The notes under the pieces: generated by a model | The model's input: only the letters and a program-made list of their open reading frames with translations | Databases searched by the model: none | Told to the model about the DNA's origin: nothing | Shown: positions 56,694-64,000 of the stretch, piece after piece | Layout of the letters: each line of letters begins with the position of its first letter | How positions within the stretch are numbered: position 1 is the stretch's first letter | Program-made: the position numbers and the translations under genes | Sequence record: OZ195934.1 | DNA: 64,000 nucleotides | Direction: 5' to 3' (one strand)

Positions 56694-56939
56694 ATGACGC
56701 ACGATTTTAATATGCTCCTTGAGCAGTACAACCTAGCAAACTTTGAATGCGATGGTGACTTCGAGGACTATTACTGGTCAGTAGCCGAATGGATCGGTCA
56801 AACGATTTTCAGTCACGGTACGCTTCGAAAAACTGACTTTCTTGAACTATTGTGTGATTTGCTTGAAATCACTGAAGATGAAATCAACGTCGATGAAGTC
56901 GATGATTTCTTGAACGAAGTATATGAACTAAACGAATAG
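56694..56939 (+). CDS. Very acidic small protein
   Basis: 22 Asp/Glu against 2 Lys/Arg in 81 aa; RBS AAGG. Confidence 0.7.
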   Translation: MTHDFNMLLEQYNLANFECDGDFEDYYWSVAEWIGQTIFSHGTLRKTDFLELLCDLLEITEDEINVDEVDDFLNEVYELNE

Positions 56940-57006
56940 GTGACATATGAAAAAGTATCATCGTAAGGAGCTATTTCACTGAGTAATTTAACTTGGAGAA
57001 ATAGCA

Positions 57007-57519
57007 ATGACAGAAACAAAACTGTACAAAGGCGTTAAGAAGAAAGATTTGCCAGTATTCACTCAAGCAACGAATGGGTACAAGCACATCTACAAGCTTG
57101 ACGATGCACGATGGGTTCCAGAATGGGCGCGAACTTATGTTCAATATCGACAATGGTACGACTGGTGCAATATCGGGGTTGGCTTTTACATTTCAAAAGA
57201 AGCAAACTCACGCCTTAATCTAATGCGCAACTCTGAATATCTAGCGCGTTACAAAGGTGCATACGTGTACCGTTACACTCCGCTACCAAACGGTGGTGGT
57301 TGGAAAAACTCGATTCATTCAGTGCGTGCAAAAGGCGCAATGACTGAACACAAGCATGACGAAATGTGCAAAGCTGAACTTGAGGCTGAATACGGTCGCA
57401 TTGTTCGACACAAACGCGCATACGTTACCAAAATGAATGCAACTGACTGGGATCATCCCTACGGTTACAATTCACAACGTGGCTGGAAGCGTTCTAAAAA
57501 ACGCAAACAGTGGATGTAA
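57007..57519 (+). CDS. Basic hypothetical protein
   Basis: C-term WD..QRGWKRSKKRKQW motif; RBS GGAG. Confidence 0.7.
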   Translation: MTETKLYKGVKKKDLPVFTQATNGYKHIYKLDDARWVPEWARTYVQYRQWYDWCNIGVGFYISKEANSRLNLMRNSEYLARYKGAYVYRYTPLPNGGGWKNSIHSVRAKGAMTEHKHDEMCKAELEAEYGRIVRHKRAYVTKMNATDWDHPYGYNSQRGWKRSKKRKQWM

Positions 57520-57520
57520 T

Positions 57521-57556
57521 AAAAGGGTTGCATTGTGCAGCCCTTTTTAGTATCAT
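57521..57556 (+). promoter_or_regulatory. Terminator hairpin containing an early -35 (TTGCAT-17-TATCAT)
   Basis: GGGTTGCA-TTG-TGCAGCCC-TTTTT. Confidence 0.65.
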
Positions 57557-57580
57557 GAGCATTCAATTCAAGGAGTGCTT

Positions 57581-57793
57581 ATGTCTATTTTATTAACTGC
57601 GCTTGGCGCAACTCTGGGTGTTATCGTGATTGTGTTATCTGCATACCCGTTATGTCGAACACTCGACAACATTTTTGAAGATCGTTTTAGTAGTGATGCA
57701 GCGGCAATGACATGCTTTGTGCTTGCACTTTCTATTTTCATCTTCGCCTTTATGCTAGTCGTTTTGGCTGGTGCAGAATACTTTCCATTGTGA
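57581..57793 (+). CDS. Small membrane protein
   Basis: Two TM segments; RBS AAGGAG. Confidence 0.65.
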   Translation: MSILLTALGATLGVIVIVLSAYPLCRTLDNIFEDRFSSDAAAMTCFVLALSIFIFAFMLVVLAGAEYFPL

Positions 57794-57801
57794 GGAATAC
57801 T

Positions 57802-58383
57802 ATGAAAAAGACAATTATTTTTGATGTAGATGGCGTACTAATCGATTGGGCAAGCCAACTACCGTTATTCTGCAAGCGATGCGGTATCGACCCCGTGCTT
57901 GCACTGAAACACTTCACAGCTAAAGAGCACGTTGACGTTCGCGACCTATTCGGTATCGAGCAGAAATACATCGCGTTCGAGCTGCTAGACAAATACAATC
58001 TAGAGCACGGTAAGTACATGACTGCTTTCCCAGATGCTGTAGACCACATTCACAAGCTTGCGAAAGAGTACAACTTGATTGCACTGACGAAGTTCGGTGA
58101 TACAACTGAGCACTGGTTAACTCGCAAGTTCAATCTTGAGACGTTCTTCCCTGGGTTGTTCAGTGAGCTGATCACAATTCGCGGTGACGAATCGAAGATT
58201 GGCTACGTTGCTGCTATTCAAGCAGAACACGATGTGGTAGCATTCGTCGATGATCAACTTGAGAACATCGAAGCAATCAAACGAGCAAATGGTGTGCTGA
58301 CCGTCCACATGAATCGATACGATGAACGTGCAGACGTTAAACACATGAGCGATATGATGTCTTTCATTGAAAACAATGTTTAA
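57802..58383 (+). CDS. HAD-superfamily hydrolase (5'-nucleotidase-like)
   Basis: IIFDVDGVLIDW, ALT, K, FVDDQLEN; start corrected to 57802. Confidence 0.85.
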   Translation: MKKTIIFDVDGVLIDWASQLPLFCKRCGIDPVLALKHFTAKEHVDVRDLFGIEQKYIAFELLDKYNLEHGKYMTAFPDAVDHIHKLAKEYNLIALTKFGDTTEHWLTRKFNLETFFPGLFSELITIRGDESKIGYVAAIQAEHDVVAFVDDQLENIEAIKRANGVLTVHMNRYDERADVKHMSDMMSFIENNV

Positions 58384-58430
58384 CACATAGCGATTCGATT
58401 ATATAATAAGCTCCTAACGGGGCTTTTTTT
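58377..58430 (+). promoter_or_regulatory. TGTTTAAC...TATAAT promoter abutting a terminator hairpin
   Basis: TATAAT at 58402-07; AAGCTCC-TAAC-GGGGCTT-TTTTT at 58408-30. Confidence 0.6.
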
Positions 58431-58441
58431 ATGGGTGATAA

Positions 58442-58741
58442 ATGATAAAACGAGCATATATTATTCACGCTGACAGCGCGATTGCTAAACGAGCAGTTGT
58501 GTTAGATCGACGTGAGTCAAAGGGTAAGCCGAGATTCTCCAAGAAAGGGGAATGGGAAGCTGAAATGCTTACTGACTGGCAAGAATGGAACAAAGAAGCA
58601 TGTGACTACATTGTTCACATCTATGGCGATTTAATCGCAGGTAAACCATTCAACGTCACGATTGTAAACGGCAACGTATATTTCGAGGAAAATGATGTTT
58701 GCTATACTAATGAAAAGCAACCACGAGGTGGCGATTATTGA
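58442..58741 (+). CDS. Hypothetical protein
   Basis: 99-aa ORF. Confidence 0.6.
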   Translation: MIKRAYIIHADSAIAKRAVVLDRRESKGKPRFSKKGEWEAEMLTDWQEWNKEACDYIVHIYGDLIAGKPFNVTIVNGNVYFEENDVCYTNEKQPRGGDY

Positions 58742-58916
58742 TCTCGGAGACGTTACAATGCCCGCATTGTACGTCAAAGAAGAAGACGCCAACAAGGTTT
58801 TGTACAAGAACGACTTGAACACGCACTGCTATGTAGCACCTGTTCGAGCTGATTTTTTTATTTTGGGAAATACTAATGATTCTGCAAATTCTACACCAAC
58901 TAGCGGCAACGACTAA
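58692..58916 (+). CDS. Hypothetical protein (start uncertain)
   Basis: Fills the gap before ligase. Confidence 0.4.
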   Translation: MMFAILMKSNHEVAIIDLGDVTMPALYVKEEDANKVLYKNDLNTHCYVAPVRADFFILGNTNDSANSTPTSGND

Positions 58917-60210
58917 ACGAACTGAGAAAGAGAAAATCCTCAAAGGCGAAGTAGACAACGAGTTGCTTAAACGCGTATTCGAACTCGCGTACTCACCGAA
59001 TGTTCTGTTCAACATGAAGAAAGTGCCTGAAGTGATGCGTCAAGGCGTTGAGCCAGAAGAATTCGAGCCACTCGCAATCGCGTTAGAACGCGTGTATCAA
59101 GCACTAGCAGTCGAACAGCTTCGCGGTAAAGCAGCACACACGTTCGTTGAACACGTGCTTTACGAACTGAATGAAGACGATGCAGACGTACTACGTCGCG
59201 TTATCTTGAAAGATCTACGCACTGGCTGTACGGGTGGTACTGCGAATAAGGTATGGAAGAAGCTGATTCCAGAGCAACCGCAAATGCTTGCATCGCCATA
59301 CAAAGAAAAGCTAGTCGATGCCATTCTGAAGAACATGGCGTATGCAGAGCTTAAAGCAGATGGCGCACGTTGTTTCGCTCACGTCGATGCAGATAACAAC
59401 GTAACGTTTACGTCACGCAACGGCAAACAGTACACGGGCTTGCTGAAGATTGAGCGTGCGATTCAAAGCATGGAATCACAGCGTTTTGTAATCGATGGTG
59501 AACTTGTATACGCACCGAACGGTCTAGACGCAGTTGAAGATCGCTCAACGGGTAACGGCATTGTCAACAAAGCAAGCAAAGGCACAATTTCACTTGCAGA
59601 ACAAGCAGACATCGTTTTCCAAGTATGGGACATCATCCCTGAAGACGTGTATTTCGGTGTTTCAGATGAATTGAACATGCCGTATCGTTTACGTAAGCAA
59701 GTTCTTGCAGATCGTGCGATGGGTGTCGAGGGCATTGAGCCGATTCCGTGGGATACTGTTCACACGAAAGAAGAAGCAAGCGCGATCTACAATCGCTATG
59801 TAGCGATGGATCTTGAAGGCATCATTCTGAAAAACCCTGAAGCACTGTGGGAAAACAAGCGAAGCAAATCGCTAGTCAAGTACAAAGAAGTGCATGATGG
59901 TGATTTAGAAGTCATCGAAGTGATTGAAGGCGACAAGAAGAACAAAGGCAAGATGGGTGCATTATTGCTACGTTCAGCATGTGGTCGTTTGATTACGAAA
60001 GTTGGTAGTGGCTTTAGTGACAAGCAGCGCGAAGATATCTGGGAGCGTCGTGACGAAGTTATCGGTATGATTGTTGAGATCAACTATAACGCGATTACGA
60101 AAGCACGCAACAAAGAGACATGGTCGTGTTTCTTGCCAATCTTTGTGCAGTTCCGCGACGATAAAGACGTGGCAAACACGCTAGAAGAAATGAGCGGCTT
60201 CAAAGGCTAA
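58876..60210 (+). CDS. gp30: ATP-dependent DNA ligase (gp30)
   Basis: ELKADGARC adenylation motif, IDGEL, VWD, EGIILK, VKYKE, FLPIFVQFRDDK. Confidence 0.97.
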   Translation: MILQILHQLAATTKRTEKEKILKGEVDNELLKRVFELAYSPNVLFNMKKVPEVMRQGVEPEEFEPLAIALERVYQALAVEQLRGKAAHTFVEHVLYELNEDDADVLRRVILKDLRTGCTGGTANKVWKKLIPEQPQMLASPYKEKLVDAILKNMAYAELKADGARCFAHVDADNNVTFTSRNGKQYTGLLKIERAIQSMESQRFVIDGELVYAPNGLDAVEDRSTGNGIVNKASKGTISLAEQADIVFQVWDIIPEDVYFGVSDELNMPYRLRKQVLADRAMGVEGIEPIPWDTVHTKEEASAIYNRYVAMDLEGIILKNPEALWENKRSKSLVKYKEVHDGDLEVIEVIEGDKKNKGKMGALLLRSACGRLITKVGSGFSDKQREDIWERRDEVIGMIVEINYNAITKARNKETWSCFLPIFVQFRDDKDVANTLEEMSGFKG

Positions 60211-60212
60211 AC

Positions 60213-60251
60213 AAAAGGGTTGACTTCGGTCAGCCCTTTTTCATATAAATA
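60213..60251 (+). promoter_or_regulatory. Terminator hairpin followed by late promoter TATAAATA
   Basis: GGGTTGAC-TTCG-GTCAGCCC-TTTTTT; TATAAATA at 60244-51. Confidence 0.75.
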
Positions 60252-60273
60252 CTTTCATTTAGAGAGAACGAAC

Positions 60274-61134
60274 ATGATTATTTTCGAGGCATTTTCGCGC
60301 CCTGTGCCTTATAAATGGGTCAGACCGAGCGAAATTGAATTCACAGTAAACGGTACGAAGTATCGAGCAACGTACAATATCACGTACAGAGACGGCAGCT
60401 CACAAATGTACATCGACTTCCAATGGAATGACGGTGGGCAATGGTCGTACAAGCTGAAGAAGGGCGGAGACCCGAAAGACGCAATGGCTGTATTTGCGAC
60501 TGTACTCGCAGCGGGTGAAGAGAAAGCAAATCAAGAGAAGCCGGATTTCATTACGTTTAGCGCGTTCTCAGATGAAGATGATGCAGACGCACACAAACGA
60601 TTCAGACTGTACAAACGCATGGCTGATCGCTACGCTAAACAACTTGGCTACACGATGCATGTTGACGGTCGCAATTTCATCTTGAAGAACAACAACCCAT
60701 CGACCGTGAGACGTATACCGAATGACGGCATCATGATTGATGACGAACTGACGTACGTTGAAATGCCACGCACGAACGAATTCACATGGGCTACAATGTT
60801 CGAGTGTACTCGTCCGGGTGATTTTGAAATGGTGCGTTTTAAGAATGGCTTTGCTACAATCAAGCGTCAGACTGAAGATAAAGTCGAGATCATGGTTAAA
60901 GCAGGTGGTCAAACGTATGACAATTTAGATTCACCAGAAGTGTGGGACAAGTTGAACGGTGAGTTGTTTGTTACAGCGTCATGGCGCCCAGATGAACCAC
61001 AACCGATGTCAGAGAAAGCATCATTGCTTGAGAATGGTTGGATGATTTTGACTGAGACATCCACCGTGTACAAAGTAGAAAGTGTTGCAGACTTCGAAGC
61101 GATTTGGGGTTACAAATTAGAGTCTATTAGATAG
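60274..61134 (+). CDS. Late protein, probable internal head protein; N-domain shared with 15727..16704
   Basis: Start corrected to 60274 (MIIFEAF); FTVNGTKY..QWSY..VFATV..KRFRLYKRM..LGY. Confidence 0.7.
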   Translation: MIIFEAFSRPVPYKWVRPSEIEFTVNGTKYRATYNITYRDGSSQMYIDFQWNDGGQWSYKLKKGGDPKDAMAVFATVLAAGEEKANQEKPDFITFSAFSDEDDADAHKRFRLYKRMADRYAKQLGYTMHVDGRNFILKNNNPSTVRRIPNDGIMIDDELTYVEMPRTNEFTWATMFECTRPGDFEMVRFKNGFATIKRQTEDKVEIMVKAGGQTYDNLDSPEVWDKLNGELFVTASWRPDEPQPMSEKASLLENGWMILTETSTVYKVESVADFEAIWGYKLESIR

Positions 61135-61135
61135 T

Positions 61136-61165
61136 AAAAAGGGAGCCAATCGGCTCCCTTTTTTT
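61136..61165. terminator. Bidirectional intrinsic terminator
   Basis: AAAAAGGGAGCC-AATC-GGCTCCCTTTTTTT. Confidence 0.9.
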
Positions 61166-62858
61166 ATTGTGCTGCAATTGATTTGCTGAATTTCTCACGC
61201 GTCGTCGCAGGTAGTTCAGGGTTATCTGTACCAAGAAGTAGAATCGCGATGTCTTCAAGTTCAGCCATGCGTTCTTGCTTCATGTGAACACCAATAACGC
61301 TTTCATTGTAAGCGCCTTTGTCGCGCACTGAAAGACGAATGACAGCATGTGAGCCTACGTGATCCATAGTCACAACGTCAGCGTCAAACACAGTATTACG
61401 ATTGATCATGAACTCATTTTCACCTTGTTGACCGTTTCTGCCAGGGATGTAAACTGGAAGACCGTCACTTTCGATGATGAATACAACTTTCATATTCATA
61501 GTACCGAATCCAAGCGTATCAAGCATTTCTTGTTTGCTTGAGTCACGTGATGTCATCACATCAAGCACATTAGCTTCAGCGAATTCAACGGCAATCATCG
61601 GGTCAGTCGATGCGCTCATGTAAGCAGTCGATGCAAACAAGCCAGTCTTCAGAATGCTTCTAACGACGTTAGACGTACATTCCATGCCACGATATAGCAG
61701 AGGAGTAGGTTGAATGTTATGACCCATAACGCCAGCCTCTTCGAATGCAGAGTCGATGTCGTCGATAATTTTAGCTGTTTTCTCTGTGCCTTTACCCGTC
61801 AATAGATGCTGATTCACGTTCCAGTATTGTGCGCCAGTATAACGAGCAATAGAGCCTTGAACTTCAGGCGGAACGCCAGACCATGTTGGGTCTTGTTGAA
61901 GCTGAACTGCTAGTGTGTTGTACTGAGATTCGAATTCACGTGACTTCACAGAAAGCATGTTTCTGACAATCTCGCTAACAGTTCCCTGATCTTGATGCTT
62001 AGTGTTGCGCATAGCAGGTGCCATACGACTAGCAATAGTTTGCAAGTCAATTGGGATATCTAATGTACCAAGCGCGATACGAGCAACGTCAGCCACTTCA
62101 GGCACACTATGATTCGCAGCGCCTTGCAAGCGTTCACGATATACACCGCGAGTTGCAGGGGTTAGAGCAGGCATCACCATTGGCGTGTTCGGAACACGTT
62201 TCGCTGGTTTGTCTTCGATCCATTCAGCTTTCACTTCGTCGTGAAACTCTTCAAATCCCGGTACCATATCAGCCGTAACGATAATCGAGCGTGCAGTCGC
62301 GATGTCTGGTTCTTTAGACATTTGAGCAGCTAGAATATTGATAGTCTTTTCTTCAGACTCAAGTAGCTTATCGGTATTGTATCCCGGTTTGTTGATAACG
62401 AAGAAGCTGAAATCTTCAGCCATTTCATGATCGCCAACGTTTAGAATCTTAGTTGTTTCACAGCCGTAGCGTAGTTTCTTGAATAGCGTTTTGATACGCA
62501 TATCGAACATCTTGCCACTGCCTTTCTTTTGTACGCGCATTGATACAGCGTTTGCACGAACTTTCAGCATGAATTCTTGAACAAGTTTAACCAACGTTTC
62601 TTGGAACTTTTGTTGATCACCCATATCACGAATAGTTAATCCGCCTTTTTTACCGCGCATTGCAGTAACAGTACAGAACCAAGCGCGTTTAGTACGGTCG
62701 CCTAGCCCCGATTTTGTTTTACTTGTAAACGTGACAACGACATCTTTGGTCTCACCAGCCATATCGATGACAAAGTAACGATTGACTTTGGTCGAGCGAG
62801 CCGGGTAGTAGTTATAAGTTGAAGTTGCTGTCTCATTTAATTCTTGAAATCCAATCAT
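61164..62858 (-). CDS. alt: Alt-like NAD:protein ADP-ribosyltransferase (capsid-delivered)
   Basis: IARYT..Y..VN..L, LYRG, AYMSAS, GENEF (R-S-E ART motif); N-term MIGFQELNE; late promoter. Confidence 0.85.
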   Translation of the reverse strand: MIGFQELNETATSTYNYYPARSTKVNRYFVIDMAGETKDVVVTFTSKTKSGLGDRTKRAWFCTVTAMRGKKGGLTIRDMGDQQKFQETLVKLVQEFMLKVRANAVSMRVQKKGSGKMFDMRIKTLFKKLRYGCETTKILNVGDHEMAEDFSFFVINKPGYNTDKLLESEEKTINILAAQMSKEPDIATARSIIVTADMVPGFEEFHDEVKAEWIEDKPAKRVPNTPMVMPALTPATRGVYRERLQGAANHSVPEVADVARIALGTLDIPIDLQTIASRMAPAMRNTKHQDQGTVSEIVRNMLSVKSREFESQYNTLAVQLQQDPTWSGVPPEVQGSIARYTGAQYWNVNQHLLTGKGTEKTAKIIDDIDSAFEEAGVMGHNIQPTPLLYRGMECTSNVVRSILKTGLFASTAYMSASTDPMIAVEFAEANVLDVMTSRDSSKQEMLDTLGFGTMNMKVVFIIESDGLPVYIPGRNGQQGENEFMINRNTVFDADVVTMDHVGSHAVIRLSVRDKGAYNESVIGVHMKQERMAELEDIAILLLGTDNPELPATTREKFSKSIAAQ

Positions 62859-62890
62859 TTTTTAGACTCGCCTTATTGAAAATATACCTG

Positions 62891-62898
62891 TATTTATG
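62891..62898 (-). promoter_or_regulatory. Late-promoter variant CATAAATA (alt)
   Basis: 32 nt upstream of the ATG. Confidence 0.55.
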
Positions 62899-62950
62899 AG
62901 AGTGCATTAACACCCATCTAGAACTATTTAAACTTTTTTTACGAAAGTGG

Positions 62951-63022
62951 TTGCATCGAATTCAAAATACGCCTAATATCTCTACATCGAAACGAAACAC
63001 ACTAATCACAAGAGAGAAAATT
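62951..63022 (+). promoter_or_regulatory. Early promoter TTGCAT-17-TAATAT plus GAGAGAAAATTATG leader
   Basis: Matches the early class. Confidence 0.75.
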
Positions 63023-63541
63023 ATGACTAAACTTAACGCTCAGACTGCTACTAACGCTCAAATCGCTGAATTCTACGGTATGACTCTTGATCCGTCGGGT
63101 ATGCCTTACGCACTTGACGCGAAATCACGTCGTCATTACATCACTGATTTGCGTTCAAAGTTTCGTAAAGAAGCAGCTAAGAAGACTTCACGCAAAGTAG
63201 CTACTGCGACTCGTAAAATTGAATTACCAAGCGCAGAAGAGCATTTAGCGATGCTGAACACTGATTTCACTGAACATCAATGGTTCATTCGCGAATCTCA
63301 GCCGGGTCTTGATATCTCAGAACTTGGTTTACGCTTCTACTTCATCGGCGGTGCTAACATTCATCAACTGAACATTCGCACAAAACACTTCTCAAACAAA
63401 GAGTTAGAGAATTTCTATGCGAACAAGAAGATTCTGAAAGGTCACAAGGGTACTGGTTCAGTCACAATTGGCTCTCTTTCATACGAAGAAGTTGTTCAAA
63501 TCGCACAAGATATGATTGAAAAGTCAGAAAGTGTGATTTAA
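63023..63541 (+). CDS. Hypothetical early protein, basic linker plus an alpha/beta C-domain
   Basis: Start corrected to 63023 (MTKLNAQ). Confidence 0.75.
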   Translation: MTKLNAQTATNAQIAEFYGMTLDPSGMPYALDAKSRRHYITDLRSKFRKEAAKKTSRKVATATRKIELPSAEEHLAMLNTDFTEHQWFIRESQPGLDISELGLRFYFIGGANIHQLNIRTKHFSNKELENFYANKKILKGHKGTGSVTIGSLSYEEVVQIAQDMIEKSESVI

Positions 63542-63559
63542 GTCACGAAAAAGTAGTGT

Positions 63560-63640
63560 TCGGGTATTGACAGTAACATCGAAATACCCGATAATAAACA
63601 CATCAAGACGACATAGACAACTACTTAAAGAGAGAACATT
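63560..63640 (+). promoter_or_regulatory. Early promoter TTGACA-17-GATAAT within an inverted repeat, plus leader
   Basis: TCGGGTATT/AATACCCGA inverted repeat; AAAGAGAGAACATTATG. Confidence 0.7.
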
Positions 63641-64000
63641 ATGACTATCACTAAAATTCAAATCGAAACTATCGCACAAGACTTAATGAGCGGCAACAAC
63701 GCAATGGGACGCGACCTTATTTCTGAAGGTTGGACATTCGGTTGGTCAACTCGTAAAGCTGCACTTGGTGATTGTTCTTACCGTGACCGTCATCTTCGTC
63801 TTTCTTCAGTGTTTCTAAATGCACGTACGCTAGATGAGCAAATCAACACAATCACACACGAAATGGCTCACGCTATCGCATGGACTGATTTCAACGAGCG
63901 TGGTCACGGTGCAACTTGGAAACGTGTTCATCGTCAACTAGGTGGTACTGCGGAACGTTGTTCTTCAGTTTCTAACCCTGACGCTCTTCCTGATGCAAAA
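63641..64000 (+). CDS. SprT-like zinc metalloprotease (truncated by the window end; not in the ORF track)
   Basis: Read by hand: MTITKIQ..AALGDCSY..LRLS..TITHEMAHAI..GHGATWK (HExxH plus GHG..WK). Confidence 0.88.
   Translation, partial: MTITKIQIETIAQDLMSGNNAMGRDLISEGWTFGWSTRKAALGDCSYRDRHLRLSSVFLNARTLDEQINTITHEMAHAIAWTDFNERGHGATWKRVHRQLGGTAERCSSVSNPDALPDAK

Noticed and set aside
51600-62858. A complete KVP40-type NAD+ salvage pathway
   Set aside because: Only Sir2 and Alt are in this window; no NadV, NatV or PnuC-like ORFs recognised here

Overview
A 64-kb segment of a large T4-like myovirus (Straboviridae). From memory its major capsid protein is very close to that of Vibrio phage KVP40, so a Vibrio host is inferred. 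The window holds the packaging/head/tail cluster (gp17-18-19-20-67-68-21-22-23), a CCA-adding enzyme, a fibre-like late gene pair and inh, and an accessory island (about 14.4-19.6 kb). These are followed by uvsW/uvsY, inverted gp35-gp34, the rnh-dsbA-33-59-32-frd-clpP-uvsX-40-41 replication block, nrdH/D/G, primase, dUTPase, dexA, td, Sir2, topoisomerase 39+60, ligase and an Alt-type ADP-ribosyltransferase, interspersed with many small hypothetical genes. I found no tRNA genes, CRISPR arrays, introns or inteins. The most interesting signals are: (1) a dispersed set of late-promoter, probably capsid-internal proteins with gp21-type cleavage sites, one carrying a stand-alone domain resembling the DNA-phosphorothioation-associated methyltransferase repeat and sharing a second domain with another late protein and possibly the Alt N-terminus; (2) a small prepilin-like gene; (3) six exactly 9-bp-phased CTAA repeats upstream of the uvsY promoter (candidate origin iterons); (4) three readable promoter classes, with promoters built into terminator hairpins; (5) three Inh paralogues and a gp35 with a nested domain insertion. 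All family assignments are from motif recognition, not database searches.
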